DNA from: Calditrichia bacterium
GTDB taxonomy: Bacteria; Calditrichota; Calditrichia; RBG-13-44-9; J075
Direction: 5' to 3'
Assembly: GCA_050633245.1 (NCBI GenBank)
Contig: JBOEGD010000011.1
Coordinates: 428,985-492,984 of the forward strand
DNA length: 64,000 nucleotides
The position numbers and the translations under genes are program-made. Positions 18,957 to 27,696 of this stretch are shown piece by piece (the stretch's first letter is position 1; every line of letters begins with the position of its first letter). The notes below the pieces were generated by a model. That model ran no database searches, was not told where the DNA came from, and saw nothing but the letters and a program-made list of their open reading frames with translations.

Positions 18957-19934
18957 CTATTTTAATGGAAAATTATTTTCATCCATCCAGGCATTATTAA
19001 ACACTTTGCTCAAATAGCGACCACCTGAATCGGGAAGAACAACAACAATGTTTTTATCTTTTGGTAAGTCTGCAGCAACCTGAATAGCCCCCCAGACAGC
19101 ACTTCCGGAGGATCCTCCGGCAAACAGGCCTTCTTCATTGCATAAACGTCGCGCCATTGCAAAGGAAACTTCGTCGTTAACCTGTATAATATCGTCGATT
19201 ACGTCAAAATCAACTGCCTTTACCAGATAATCTTCACCAATTCCCTCGACCTTATAAGTATGTGGTTCAGGTAGTTTTCCACTCTTGAAATAGTCATAAA
19301 AGACAGAACCAATGGGATCGATGGCAACAACCTTAATGTTGGGATTTTTCTCTTTCAGGAACCGCGCAACGCCGCTTAATGTGCCTCCAGTACCGATTCC
19401 GGCAACAAACATATCAATTTCTCCGTCCATTTGCTCCCAAATTTCAGGCGCAGTAGTGCGGTAATGTGCTTCTATGTTCATCGGGTTATTATACTGGTCG
19501 GGGTAGAAGGAGTCTGGCGTTTCGCCTGCAATACGCCTTGCGGTGCTGTAGTAACTCTCCGGGGATTCAGCCGGTACGTCCGTACGTGTTACAACAACCT
19601 TGGTACCAAATGCACGCATCAAATCCTGTTTTTCATCAGACATTTTATCCGGCATAGTAATAATGCAGTCATAGCCCTTAATAGCAGCAATCATAGACAT
19701 TGCGGTGCCGGTATTTCCGGAAGAATTTTCAACGATTGTCCCGTCCGGCTTCAACAAGCCACGTTTTTCCGCATCTTCAATGATAAACTTGGCCATACGA
19801 TCTTTTGTGCTGCCAGAAGGGTTTAAAAACTCGCACTTGGCGTAAATGTTGGGCTTTACATCAGCTGTAACGCTGTTTAAACGAACTAACGGAGTGTTGC
19901 CGATAGCATCAAGAATATTGTTGACTTTTTTCAT
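18957..19934 (-). CDS. Cystathionine beta-synthase/cysteine synthase family PLP enzyme (no CBS-pair domain)
   Basis: IGNTPLV, KCEFLNPSGSTKDR, SSGNTG, GIGTGGT, YKVEGIGED; SD before ATG 19934. Confidence 0.92.
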   Translation of the reverse strand: MKKVNNILDAIGNTPLVRLNSVTADVKPNIYAKCEFLNPSGSTKDRMAKFIIEDAEKRGLLKPDGTIVENSSGNTGTAMSMIAAIKGYDCIITMPDKMSDEKQDLMRAFGTKVVVTRTDVPAESPESYYSTARRIAGETPDSFYPDQYNNPMNIEAHYRTTAPEIWEQMDGEIDMFVAGIGTGGTLSGVARFLKEKNPNIKVVAIDPIGSVFYDYFKSGKLPEPHTYKVEGIGEDYLVKAVDFDVIDDIIQVNDEVSFAMARRLCNEEGLFAGGSSGSAVWGAIQVAADLPKDKNIVVVLPDSGGRYLSKVFNNAWMDENNFPLK

Positions 19935-20310
19935 GTATGTTCTCCAGGTTTGTTTCATATAGGAGTGTCCAATAGAATTATCGAACGGCGTAAAATAAAA
20001 TGTTGTGGCGAAAAATAAAAACACATTAAAAGATTGTTAAGGCAACAATAAGAGGGGAGTGGTTGAAAAGTTTTGAATGGTAATCGGCCACTTTTTATTA
20101 ACAACCAAACTGAGCCTTCAAATTTTCACACTAATCCCTCCTTCTGATAAAGGTATTTATTTACTTGAGAGCAACCCTCGCAGTACGTCGAAAACGATTG
20201 TAGCTAAGGACAAGGGAACTAACGAGAGCCAGAATGAGGGGATATACTCGGTGGCATGAAATTTGGGAATGCAGGCCTAATGAAGAAGGGGGAAGTAAAT
20301 CAAATACGTA

Positions 20311-20338
20311 ACTTTACATAATATATATTATATTAATA
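20311..20338. other. dif: dif-like XerC/XerD chromosome dimer resolution site
   Basis: Minus strand TATTAATATAA-TATATA-TTATGTAAAGT (11-6-11); the right arm resembles XerD arms (TTATGTTAAAT / TTATGTAAACT); lies in a long non-coding gap. Confidence 0.7.
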
Positions 20339-20827
20339 ATTTAGTGGGCACGTTTTTAGGCGCTTTGCAGGCTTTTCTTCGTTTTTACCACTTCCGGCTC
20401 TTATTCTGACCATATATTGCTTATACAGTGACAATTGTGAACGACTTCATTACGCGATCGATTCTTTATAGCTCCACAAACTTTCGCGCCTTTATTTAAG
20501 CAATGTTGCAATGCCTTCTTACACATCAACAACTTATTTTGTCCACCAGGCTGCGTTAAAATTATTTTAGCATACATCTAAGTATGCCTAAATTTTATTA
20601 CTCTCTCCTAACGCACAAATTTGTTTGCAAATTTCGCCGCTATAACTCCGATTGTCGACAACAGTCAAAGTTTAGCTAAATGTTCGATACTAGGTTTACA
20701 AGAGATTTATCCGCTTGCTCGTGGATGGTTTCTATCTCCAAACACAAGGGCGTAATATACAAAGGAATTACAGCAAAAATTCGCCCCAAAAAGCTTAGTA
20801 ATGGTTTTGTTAAATGCGACCAATTAG

Positions 20828-20848
20828 GCAGTGCAAATTTTGCACTGC
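20828..20848 (-). terminator. Inverted repeat downstream of the DUF1801 gene
   Basis: GCAGTGCAAA-T-TTTGCACTGC. Confidence 0.5.
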
Positions 20849-20872
20849 AATAATCTTTGATTTAATTCCCAT

Positions 20873-21250
20873 TTAGCAATCAAACTCCTCACCATTTTTC
20901 CACATCTCAAGCACCCTTTGGATAAGCCGATCAATTTCCGTGTCGAACACCGAAAGAGTTTTCTTAAATCTAATACAAACCTTACCGGTATCGAGTCCCT
21001 CAGTCCAGCGCCCTTCAGGATCGATCTTACTTAGATCACCGACATACAGACTGACATAATCCTGCTGAGCATTCAGATGAAAGACAACACCTCGTTCATC
21101 TTTATAGCCCAACATCTTATGATTTATGATTTCGTCCAGATACGTACCATTAGATAAGATTATTCTTCTTAACTGCTCAATCTTCTCGCGTTTCCAATCT
21201 TCTTCAACCATGTTCATATATTCTTCGGGTGTTTTTGGATCATACTGCAT
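20873..21250 (-). CDS. DUF1801 (YdhG-like) domain protein
   Basis: TPEEYM...LRRII, LNAQQDYVSLY, GKVCIRFKK. Confidence 0.8.
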   Translation of the reverse strand: MQYDPKTPEEYMNMVEEDWKREKIEQLRRIILSNGTYLDEIINHKMLGYKDERGVVFHLNAQQDYVSLYVGDLSKIDPEGRWTEGLDTGKVCIRFKKTLSVFDTEIDRLIQRVLEMWKNGEEFDC

Positions 21251-21719
21251 ATCAAAACTCCAGGTGATGGGTGAGTTCAGCGATGTCTAATAATTTTTAC
21301 CTACATTTTTTTGGCGTATTTTAGACCTGATGCGACAACTTACACATAAAGCTCGGATCCAACGTGACCGTGACCATGTTCTGAGTGAGAAAATATAAGC
21401 GCTCCCCTACTCTTCATTATAGTCGTCATATTGCAACACATCCATAACCTGCTCCATAATGAGATATTTTTAACGTTATTCAAGTGTTTTTCAGCAATGT
21501 GTCTCTACAGTTAACTACTTTTGTCCATCGTGTAAATGCTAACGACTTCACGTGCCGTCAGAATATTCCATAGTATGCAATCTCTGACCACAATTATTAT
21601 GTCGGCCCTTGCGAAAGCTTCCCTCATTGGTATATTTAAAGTTGAGCCTACAAGATGGACACTTTTCGCCAAAGCGTATTTAGTTTCTGATCAAACATTG
21701 CTTAGAGGATTCCTTCATT

Positions 21720-21989
21720 ATGAACAGAGAAAAAGAAACAGCAATCAATAAAGCTGCACTGAATGATTTTGCGCTGATGCTGGCCGTCATCGATCGGCCG
21801 CCACTTGCCTATAATATTTTTGACAAGCGCACTTACAATTCAGCATTTCATTTTCTGCTCAGTGAGAGCATAACAGAACCTAGCCATGAAGCGATAGCTG
21901 ACATGCTGCGCAGACATAGCTTCAATGAAGACTGGATACCGGGACTATTGCAACTTTTTGAGGAATACAAAGTTGGCGGCAACCTGTAG
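21720..21989 (+). CDS. Hypothetical protein (89 aa)
   Basis: AGAGGA SD upstream and protein-like composition; no family recognised. Confidence 0.5.
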   Translation: MNREKETAINKAALNDFALMLAVIDRPPLAYNIFDKRTYNSAFHFLLSESITEPSHEAIADMLRRHSFNEDWIPGLLQLFEEYKVGGNL

Positions 21990-22010
21990 AGTATCTCCCC
22001 TGCCCTATTC

Positions 22011-22634
22011 TCACTTCGCGCCGAATGAAAATTTGTAGCCAACACCAAGACTGAAAAATGTTGCATTAAAGGCTGGCTCTAAATCAAAAAAACCTTCCCC
22101 AAATTCGAACCGCTCACTATTTGTAAGAATCAGATTCCATTGCAAGAACAATACAAGTGCAGCTGTTTTGGAAAGTTCAATATCCGTGCCAGCGGCGGCA
22201 TTAAACCCAACAAGTGCTTTAGACGCTGTAATGTCCTCGTCTTGTTGGTCGCGGGTAATGCGAACAAAATTTGCACCCAACCCCGCAGAAATGAACGGCA
22301 CTGCACGCGCCCCCGGTCGAATATAGTGCGTGTAGCTAAAACCCAATGGAATGAATGCGACTGAAAAATTACGATTTGAGATCATTTCCTTTTGAGAGAG
22401 TCTATAGTAGCCCAGCTTTACACCGAAACCGGATTCGGGAGTAAAGCGCCGAGCCAACTCAACCTGAACACTAAATCCTTTACCGGCATTGCCACCACCC
22501 TCGAATACATCCTCATCGGCAAATTGCCCAAACGGAAATTCACCTCCTGCTAAAACAGAAAAACTGTTTTGGGACTGCCCATACAGTCCACAAGTAATCA
22601 AGCAAATTAGTAAAACAAAGCGATAATACATCAT
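22011..22634 (-). CDS. Outer membrane beta-barrel protein (OmpA/OmpW-like 8-strand)
   Basis: Signal peptide, amphipathic strands (VPFISAGLG, FFSLGVGYKF). Confidence 0.75.
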   Translation of the reverse strand: MMYYRFVLLICLITCGLYGQSQNSFSVLAGGEFPFGQFADEDVFEGGGNAGKGFSVQVELARRFTPESGFGVKLGYYRLSQKEMISNRNFSVAFIPLGFSYTHYIRPGARAVPFISAGLGANFVRITRDQQDEDITASKALVGFNAAAGTDIELSKTAALVLFLQWNLILTNSERFEFGEGFFDLEPAFNATFFSLGVGYKFSFGAK

Positions 22635-22660
22635 CCTCCCCCGCTTTTAAATTCTTACTT

Positions 22661-23077
22661 TTAGGTCATTTTCGAACGCAACTCTTTGCGTATTACCAGC
22701 TTCAGTCCTGACCATGTTTCATCCACCGCACAAACTTTTATATCTACGAGCCCCATTGGCAAAGCGATCGCGCGAATGGTATCCTCATATATATCAGTTT
22801 GAACGTTCGATGCTTTCTTTGGCCAAGACAGCCAGATCATGGCATCCTGCTTAATTTTCTGCATATATATTGGTAGATTTTTCTCCATCTCGGATCGCTT
22901 TTTTGTAAAGAAGTGAATCATATCGAGCTCTCTTCCAACACGCTGTAGCTGCATAACGCCGTCTGGAATTGGTGAAATAAGCTCGGTATAATTGTCCGGT
23001 GCGTTCTTTACATATATCTTGAAGCCGGGCTTTATACCAAGTTTTTTATATAGCGGTGTTCCGGAGTATCCGGGCAT
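22661..23077 (-). CDS. DUF3052 family protein
   Basis: GYSGTPLYKKLGIK, WLSWPKKAS, GLVDIKVCAVDETWSGLKLVIR. Confidence 0.88.
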   Translation of the reverse strand: MPGYSGTPLYKKLGIKPGFKIYVKNAPDNYTELISPIPDGVMQLQRVGRELDMIHFFTKKRSEMEKNLPIYMQKIKQDAMIWLSWPKKASNVQTDIYEDTIRAIALPMGLVDIKVCAVDETWSGLKLVIRKELRSKMT

Positions 23078-23097
23078 TAGTCAATTCCTTTGTTGCA

Positions 23098-24765
23098 TCA
23101 ACGGATAAGCAACATTTTTCTGCTCTGATCAAAGTGATTTCCAATAATTAATCGATAGATATACACCCCACTCGGCATTAAAGCTCCTGCGTTGTTCTTG
23201 CTATCCCATTCTATTTCATAGCTTCCCGCACTTTGTATTTGATTCACCAAGTCTCGCACCGGCTTTCCAAGGACATCGTATATTGCAACGCGTATCAAGT
23301 TGTTTGTGTTCGTAAAAGAAACCTCCCAACGAATCGTTGTCGTCGGATTAAACGGGTTGGGATAATTCTGTTCAAGCAGTGCGCTAGCCGGAATTCGTTG
23401 CCTCTGCGGATCAATCGATACATCCATTGGGTGAAAGCGGTATAGCTTTCCAGCGTTAAGAACGTTTCCTACATGCTCCCGGTAAGCACTAATAATTATA
23501 TCAAAGTCACCTGCATGTCCAGGATTCCAATCGCCGCTAAGACCAAAGCCAAACAGACCTTCGAACTGTGGATTTGGTGAGGCCAGAGAGTCCAGTATTG
23601 AACCGTCGGCTCCGTTTATCAGGAATGCCATACCAGCATTGACAGTTGCACCAACGTCATCGAACGGGGCCCCAATCAACAGGTCATTCTTATTATCTCC
23701 GGTAATATCTCCAACAGATGAAATTGAGCGGCTAAACCAGTCCACAAAATCGGGTGTTGGTGGGTTAATCTCATAGAGCAAATTGCCACTGACACCACTG
23801 AAGACATAAGCCCTGCCAGACTGTGCAACACCACCAGATGCTTCTTCACTGCCAACAGCGATGTCCGGTGTGCCATCATTGTCGATATCACCAGCATCAG
23901 TAACCGACCAGCCAAACTGTCCATTGACCGCCGGATTAGTGCTTTCCAATGCATAAATCAGCGTCCCGTTCAACCCGCTGTGAACATAGACTCGACCAGC
24001 ACGAGAGAGCGTATCAGATGCCTCGTCGGCGCCTATAAGCAAATCACTAATACCATCTGAGTTCACATCACGGATTGATTCCATTGCGATGCTAAACAAG
24101 CCGTTTTCATTTGGGGTTGCTGAATTGATAGAATAGATAAATGCGCCATCGAAACCGCTAAACACATAGACGCGTCCGGATGCAGGCGCTCCCGCTGATT
24201 CACTACTACCAACGGCAAAATCATCATATCCGTCGTTGTTGATATCACTAAGACCGCTGAGCGTTCGGCTAAACCAAGCGAATTCCTCCGGAGCAGGGGA
24301 TTCTATGTCATATAAGAAAGCACCATTCGTTCCGTTAAAAGCATAAACCCGACCGGCGCCAGAGAAGCCGTTCACATCCTCCTGGCTTCCTATGAGGAGA
24401 TCGGCTACACCGTCATTAGTCAAATCTGCAGCCGCCAACGTAAAACCAAAGGTGCCGAAAAGCTGAGGGTTTGGTGTATCCAACGCATAAATTTCACTAC
24501 CATCCTGCCCACTTATTATATAAACACGTCCAACGAAATTCGTTCCACCGACATTTTCCGAGGAAGCGCCAACCAGCAAATCTGCAGAGCCATCACCGTT
24601 TACGTCTCCAATGGCGGCAATTGAACGACCAAAACCGGCGGACTGCTGGGGATTTGTTGGAGGGAGCTCGGTAATTGTAAATTGCGCCAGAACTGGTAGC
24701 ACAATGATACTGGTAAGAAACAAATAGGTCTGCACTGAACACCAAAATTGTCGTGAGCTTTTCAT
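23098..24765 (-). CDS. FG-GAP (integrin-alpha-like) beta-propeller protein with T9SS CTD
   Basis: Seven repeats of FG.S....GD.NGDG..DLLVGA...GRVY; C-terminal QNYPNPFNP...SGVYIYRL...KMLLIR. Confidence 0.88.
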   Translation of the reverse strand: MKSSRQFWCSVQTYLFLTSIIVLPVLAQFTITELPPTNPQQSAGFGRSIAAIGDVNGDGSADLLVGASSENVGGTNFVGRVYIISGQDGSEIYALDTPNPQLFGTFGFTLAAADLTNDGVADLLIGSQEDVNGFSGAGRVYAFNGTNGAFLYDIESPAPEEFAWFSRTLSGLSDINNDGYDDFAVGSSESAGAPASGRVYVFSGFDGAFIYSINSATPNENGLFSIAMESIRDVNSDGISDLLIGADEASDTLSRAGRVYVHSGLNGTLIYALESTNPAVNGQFGWSVTDAGDIDNDGTPDIAVGSEEASGGVAQSGRAYVFSGVSGNLLYEINPPTPDFVDWFSRSISSVGDITGDNKNDLLIGAPFDDVGATVNAGMAFLINGADGSILDSLASPNPQFEGLFGFGLSGDWNPGHAGDFDIIISAYREHVGNVLNAGKLYRFHPMDVSIDPQRQRIPASALLEQNYPNPFNPTTTIRWEVSFTNTNNLIRVAIYDVLGKPVRDLVNQIQSAGSYEIEWDSKNNAGALMPSGVYIYRLIIGNHFDQSRKMLLIR

Positions 24766-24883
24766 CGATTCTCCATCTTTTCCCGAAAACTTGTCGGGCA
24801 GGTTCTTATCACTCAATATTAGCGCTCAGTTTTTAGAGCTCATATCGAGTTCCTTTTTTGCCTCCGCTTCCAAAAAGCTAAAA

Positions 24884-25252
24884 TCATTCCAATCCTTGAT
24901 CCGACCACACAGCGAGCTGATTACCACCCGGCTCCACAAACTCAAAACGACGTCCGCCTGGAAAAGAGAAGGTCGGCTTGACGACCGTCCCGCCGGCATC
25001 TTCTACTTTTGCCAGTGTAGACTCGAGATCGGAGCTATAAAAAATAACCAGTGCACTCCCCAGCTCTGTCGAGGCTGCCTTATCAGACTTAAAAAAACCA
25101 CCATCAAGACCGGCATCACTTCGGGCGAAAGCAGTGTAATCCGGCCCATAATCGGTAAATTTCCAATCGAAAGCCGTCGTAAAAAACGATTTCGATGCAG
25201 CAACATCTTTTGTAGCAAATTCTACATAGTCAAGATTTTCATGCTCAGGCAT
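24884..25252 (-). CDS. VOC/glyoxalase family protein
   Basis: LDYVEF, FDWKFTDYGPDY, FSFPGGRRFEFVEPGGN. Confidence 0.9.
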   Translation of the reverse strand: MPEHENLDYVEFATKDVAASKSFFTTAFDWKFTDYGPDYTAFARSDAGLDGGFFKSDKAASTELGSALVIFYSSDLESTLAKVEDAGGTVVKPTFSFPGGRRFEFVEPGGNQLAVWSDQGLE

Positions 25253-25289
25253 TATTAACTCTCCATTTTAAATTTTTCAGTAATTTCAA

Positions 25290-25838
25290 CTATTCTCCAC
25301 TTCGATAGATAAGCAAAACACCTCTGCTCACTGCAACAAATTCACTGCTATTAGTCGTTCGAATTGACAGTGTCAAATCGACCTCCCGCTGCGGCAATGA
25401 TGATAGAATATTACCGCTCTGTACCCATTCACTGGTTCCGGCACTTGAGATCATATCTGATCCGGCAATTTTTAATGTATCGGTTGCATTATAGAGACTT
25501 GATATTGCCTGTACGGCCGGATTGTTGGAATCAAGAAGGGTAACAACGACAACAGAATCGACATCTACATAATTACGAATGTCAAAGTTAACAATATATC
25601 GGTTTGGCCCCAAAATTCGATCCGACGTGCTGTTTGTTGAACTCCCGCCAAAGAAATCAAACTCCAAGCGAATTTGTCGATCGCTACTGCCCGGATCCCC
25701 TTGAGGGCCCGGATCCCCCTGAGCTCCAACCTCGCCATTGGCACCATTTTCCCCCGCAGCGCCTTGTGGTCCTATCGGACCTTCACAAGCAGCAAATACA
25801 ATTACTACCAAAAGCATAACAATATTAAAGTATTTCAT
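25290..25838 (-). CDS. Collagen-like lipoprotein
   Basis: FAAC lipobox followed by 11 Gly-X-Y triplets and a globular C-terminal domain; GGAGG SD. Confidence 0.8.
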   Translation of the reverse strand: MKYFNIVMLLVVIVFAACEGPIGPQGAAGENGANGEVGAQGDPGPQGDPGSSDRQIRLEFDFFGGSSTNSTSDRILGPNRYIVNFDIRNYVDVDSVVVVTLLDSNNPAVQAISSLYNATDTLKIAGSDMISSAGTSEWVQSGNILSSLPQREVDLTLSIRTTNSSEFVAVSRGVLLIYRSGE

Positions 25839-25901
25839 TCTTCCTCCGTTACTCAACTCTCTATTTATTTTGAAAAGCTCAACGATTCTCCATAACCTTT
25901 A

Positions 25902-26573
25902 TCAACCTCGCTGAACCCCGTCCTCTCGGTCAGGTTTCATTAAAACATTAAATGTTAAATAAACAATAAGTAGAAATGCAGTAAACAATATCGTAACACC
26001 AAAGGTCTTTGGATGCGCTCCGGGGTTTAACAAACGGTCTGCGATATCGAAGAATAAGCCCTCTGGCTGCGACAAAACGTCCCAGCTGTTCCAACGTAAA
26101 TAGCGACCGAGATATATCCCAAAGCTACTCAGTCCCAAAGAACCTATGACGCAAATCCACCCTGTAATAACACCAATTCGCTTTTGCACAAATATTTGTA
26201 TCTGCTTTAAAGAAAGAAATCCCAGGAACAGACCGTTCCAGGCAAAGGAGGTAATCAGAATAAGATCATACCATAACGGAATATTAACACGCTTACGCAA
26301 GTGAAACAAATCAGTCAGGATGTATGGTGCATTTGGGAAGAAAAGTAGCCATCCGACAAATAATCCACCTAGAATAATCCTGGAACGCGTCTTAGACTCC
26401 AGAGCAATAAGCATGCTGCTAAAAAGCAGTGGAATTGCTGCGAGAAAAAGGTTCCATACGAAAAACAGAAAGGTTCTGGTACCTGACAAATACACTCTAA
26501 AATAAAGTAGCGTAAAGCTCAGCAAAACAGAAAGACAAATTACTCCAATTAGTTCGGCATGCTTTTTCACCAT
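25902..26573 (-). CDS. DUF1361 family membrane protein
   Basis: WNLFLA, WLLFFPNAPYILTDLFHL, GIYLGRYLRWNSWD. Confidence 0.9.
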   Translation of the reverse strand: MVKKHAELIGVICLSVLLSFTLLYFRVYLSGTRTFLFFVWNLFLAAIPLLFSSMLIALESKTRSRIILGGLFVGWLLFFPNAPYILTDLFHLRKRVNIPLWYDLILITSFAWNGLFLGFLSLKQIQIFVQKRIGVITGWICVIGSLGLSSFGIYLGRYLRWNSWDVLSQPEGLFFDIADRLLNPGAHPKTFGVTILFTAFLLIVYLTFNVLMKPDREDGVQRG

Positions 26574-26717
26574 GTATCTCCCCTACCCTGGCCATTAGTG
26601 AGAATAGTTCAAACAACAATTGCGTGAGTTTCATTAAATAACGACAAAACTTCCAGAGCATTGCAAGTACTTATTGTCCTCTTTCGAACAACTTCTGAAT
26701 GAAATTGACAATTTTTA

Positions 26718-26765
26718 TTGACATACCTTGAAGTTCTATGTATAATACCTAGAGAATCTATGCAT
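26718..26765 (+). promoter_or_regulatory. Consensus sigma70 promoter (TTGACA-N17-TATAAT) overlapped by two tandem imperfect palindromes (putative PadR operators)
   Basis: TTGACA 26718-26723, TATAAT 26741-26746; ATACCTTGAAGTTCTATGTAT 26723-26743 and ATACCTAGAGAATCTATGCAT 26745-26765. Confidence 0.75.
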
Positions 26766-26784
26766 CAAGACAGGAAAAACGAAA

Positions 26785-27111
26785 ATGCCTTTTTCAAAAG
26801 ACTTTATTGCTGCGTCATCGGTGCCCATCATCCTGTCTATTCTGGAGCATGGTGACAGCTATGGCTACGCGATTATTCAAAATGTAAGAGAGATATCCGG
26901 CGGTGAGCTGGAATGGTCTGATGGCATGCTTTATCCAGTATTGCATCGGTTAGAGAAAAAGGGCTTAATCAGCTCCTACTGGGGACAGTCTAACAGCGGG
27001 AGAAAAAGAAAGTATTACAAGCTTGAGCAAGCCGGAAGTACAGAATTAGGTGTTCAGCTCGCCAACTGGAAACGCCTGCACGAGATCTTACTAAATATGG
27101 AGAGCAAATAG
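26785..27111 (+). CDS. PadR family transcriptional regulator
   Basis: ILSIL..GDSYGYAI, GMLYPVLHRLEKKGLI, GRKRKYY. Confidence 0.93.
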   Translation: MPFSKDFIAASSVPIILSILEHGDSYGYAIIQNVREISGGELEWSDGMLYPVLHRLEKKGLISSYWGQSNSGRKRKYYKLEQAGSTELGVQLANWKRLHEILLNMESK

Positions 27112-27113
27112 AC

Positions 27114-27551
27114 ATGTTCCAACTAGACAAGGCAATAGACAACCTCACAAGTCAGATCGCCAGCTGTTCAGCCAATATGTCTGCAGATGAAATCAAGGAT
27201 CATCTCTTAAGCACCGTTGAAGATCTTGTTGAACACGGGTCGACTGAAGAAGAAGCATACCAAACTGCAGTTGAAAGGATTGGAAATATAGCAGAGCTAA
27301 AAAACGAATTAAACAATATCCACAAAGAGAGAAGTTTTATGAACTATCGCAATCCAGCGTTTCAACAAATTATTACAGCACTATTTTTTGCCGGAGCAAT
27401 GCTGGCAAGTGCATGGCTGGGCTTTTCTGATACCGTTACATACCTGCTCATTGCCATTTGGTTCATTCCTTTTCTGTTAATTAGCAAGCGATCCTCGACA
27501 TCGGCAAAGGACGAGCTACACTGCCTTGCCAGGAAACTGCATCTCAAGTAA
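27114..27551 (+). CDS. Permease-prefix-domain small membrane protein
   Basis: EIKDHL..VEDL...GSTEEEAY..AVERIG helical prefix domain typical downstream of padR, then two TM helices. Confidence 0.65.
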   Translation: MFQLDKAIDNLTSQIASCSANMSADEIKDHLLSTVEDLVEHGSTEEEAYQTAVERIGNIAELKNELNNIHKERSFMNYRNPAFQQIITALFFAGAMLASAWLGFSDTVTYLLIAIWFIPFLLISKRSSTSAKDELHCLARKLHLK

Positions 27552-27696
27552 CTTAGCTTCTCTGTCAATCAAACGGTATAAAGATAGACAGAGAGGTTTT
27601 CTAGCCCATGTAGTCCAGCATACTGCCAGATCCCCCTCATAAAGCTAGATTATTAAACACGCCCAACAAATTTTCCAAATCTTGAGGAGGATACGG

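Noticed and set aside
20030-20160. SAM-I riboswitch upstream of the CBS/CGL operon (TTATCAGAAGGAGGGA on minus)
   Set aside because: Only the first bases resemble SAM-I; there is no GCAACC, GGTGC or closing GAT(A/G)A P1 partner.
20401-20526. 41-aa Cys-rich ORF (MCKKALQHC...CHC...) on the minus strand as a cysteine leader peptide
   Set aside because: No SD, more than 450 bp from the CBS start and on the far side of the dif-like site; probably chance.
20410-21550. Shared short words (ATATTGC, GCTCCA, AGCAATGT, TTTTGTCCA, AACGACTTCA) between about 20410-20545 and 21425-21550
   Set aside because: Only partly collinear and too short to establish a duplication without an alignment statistic.
20873-26573. 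Integron cassette array
   Set aside because: Most spacers are only tens of bp, no attC (RYYYAAC...GTTRRRY) hairpins were found and there is no integrase.
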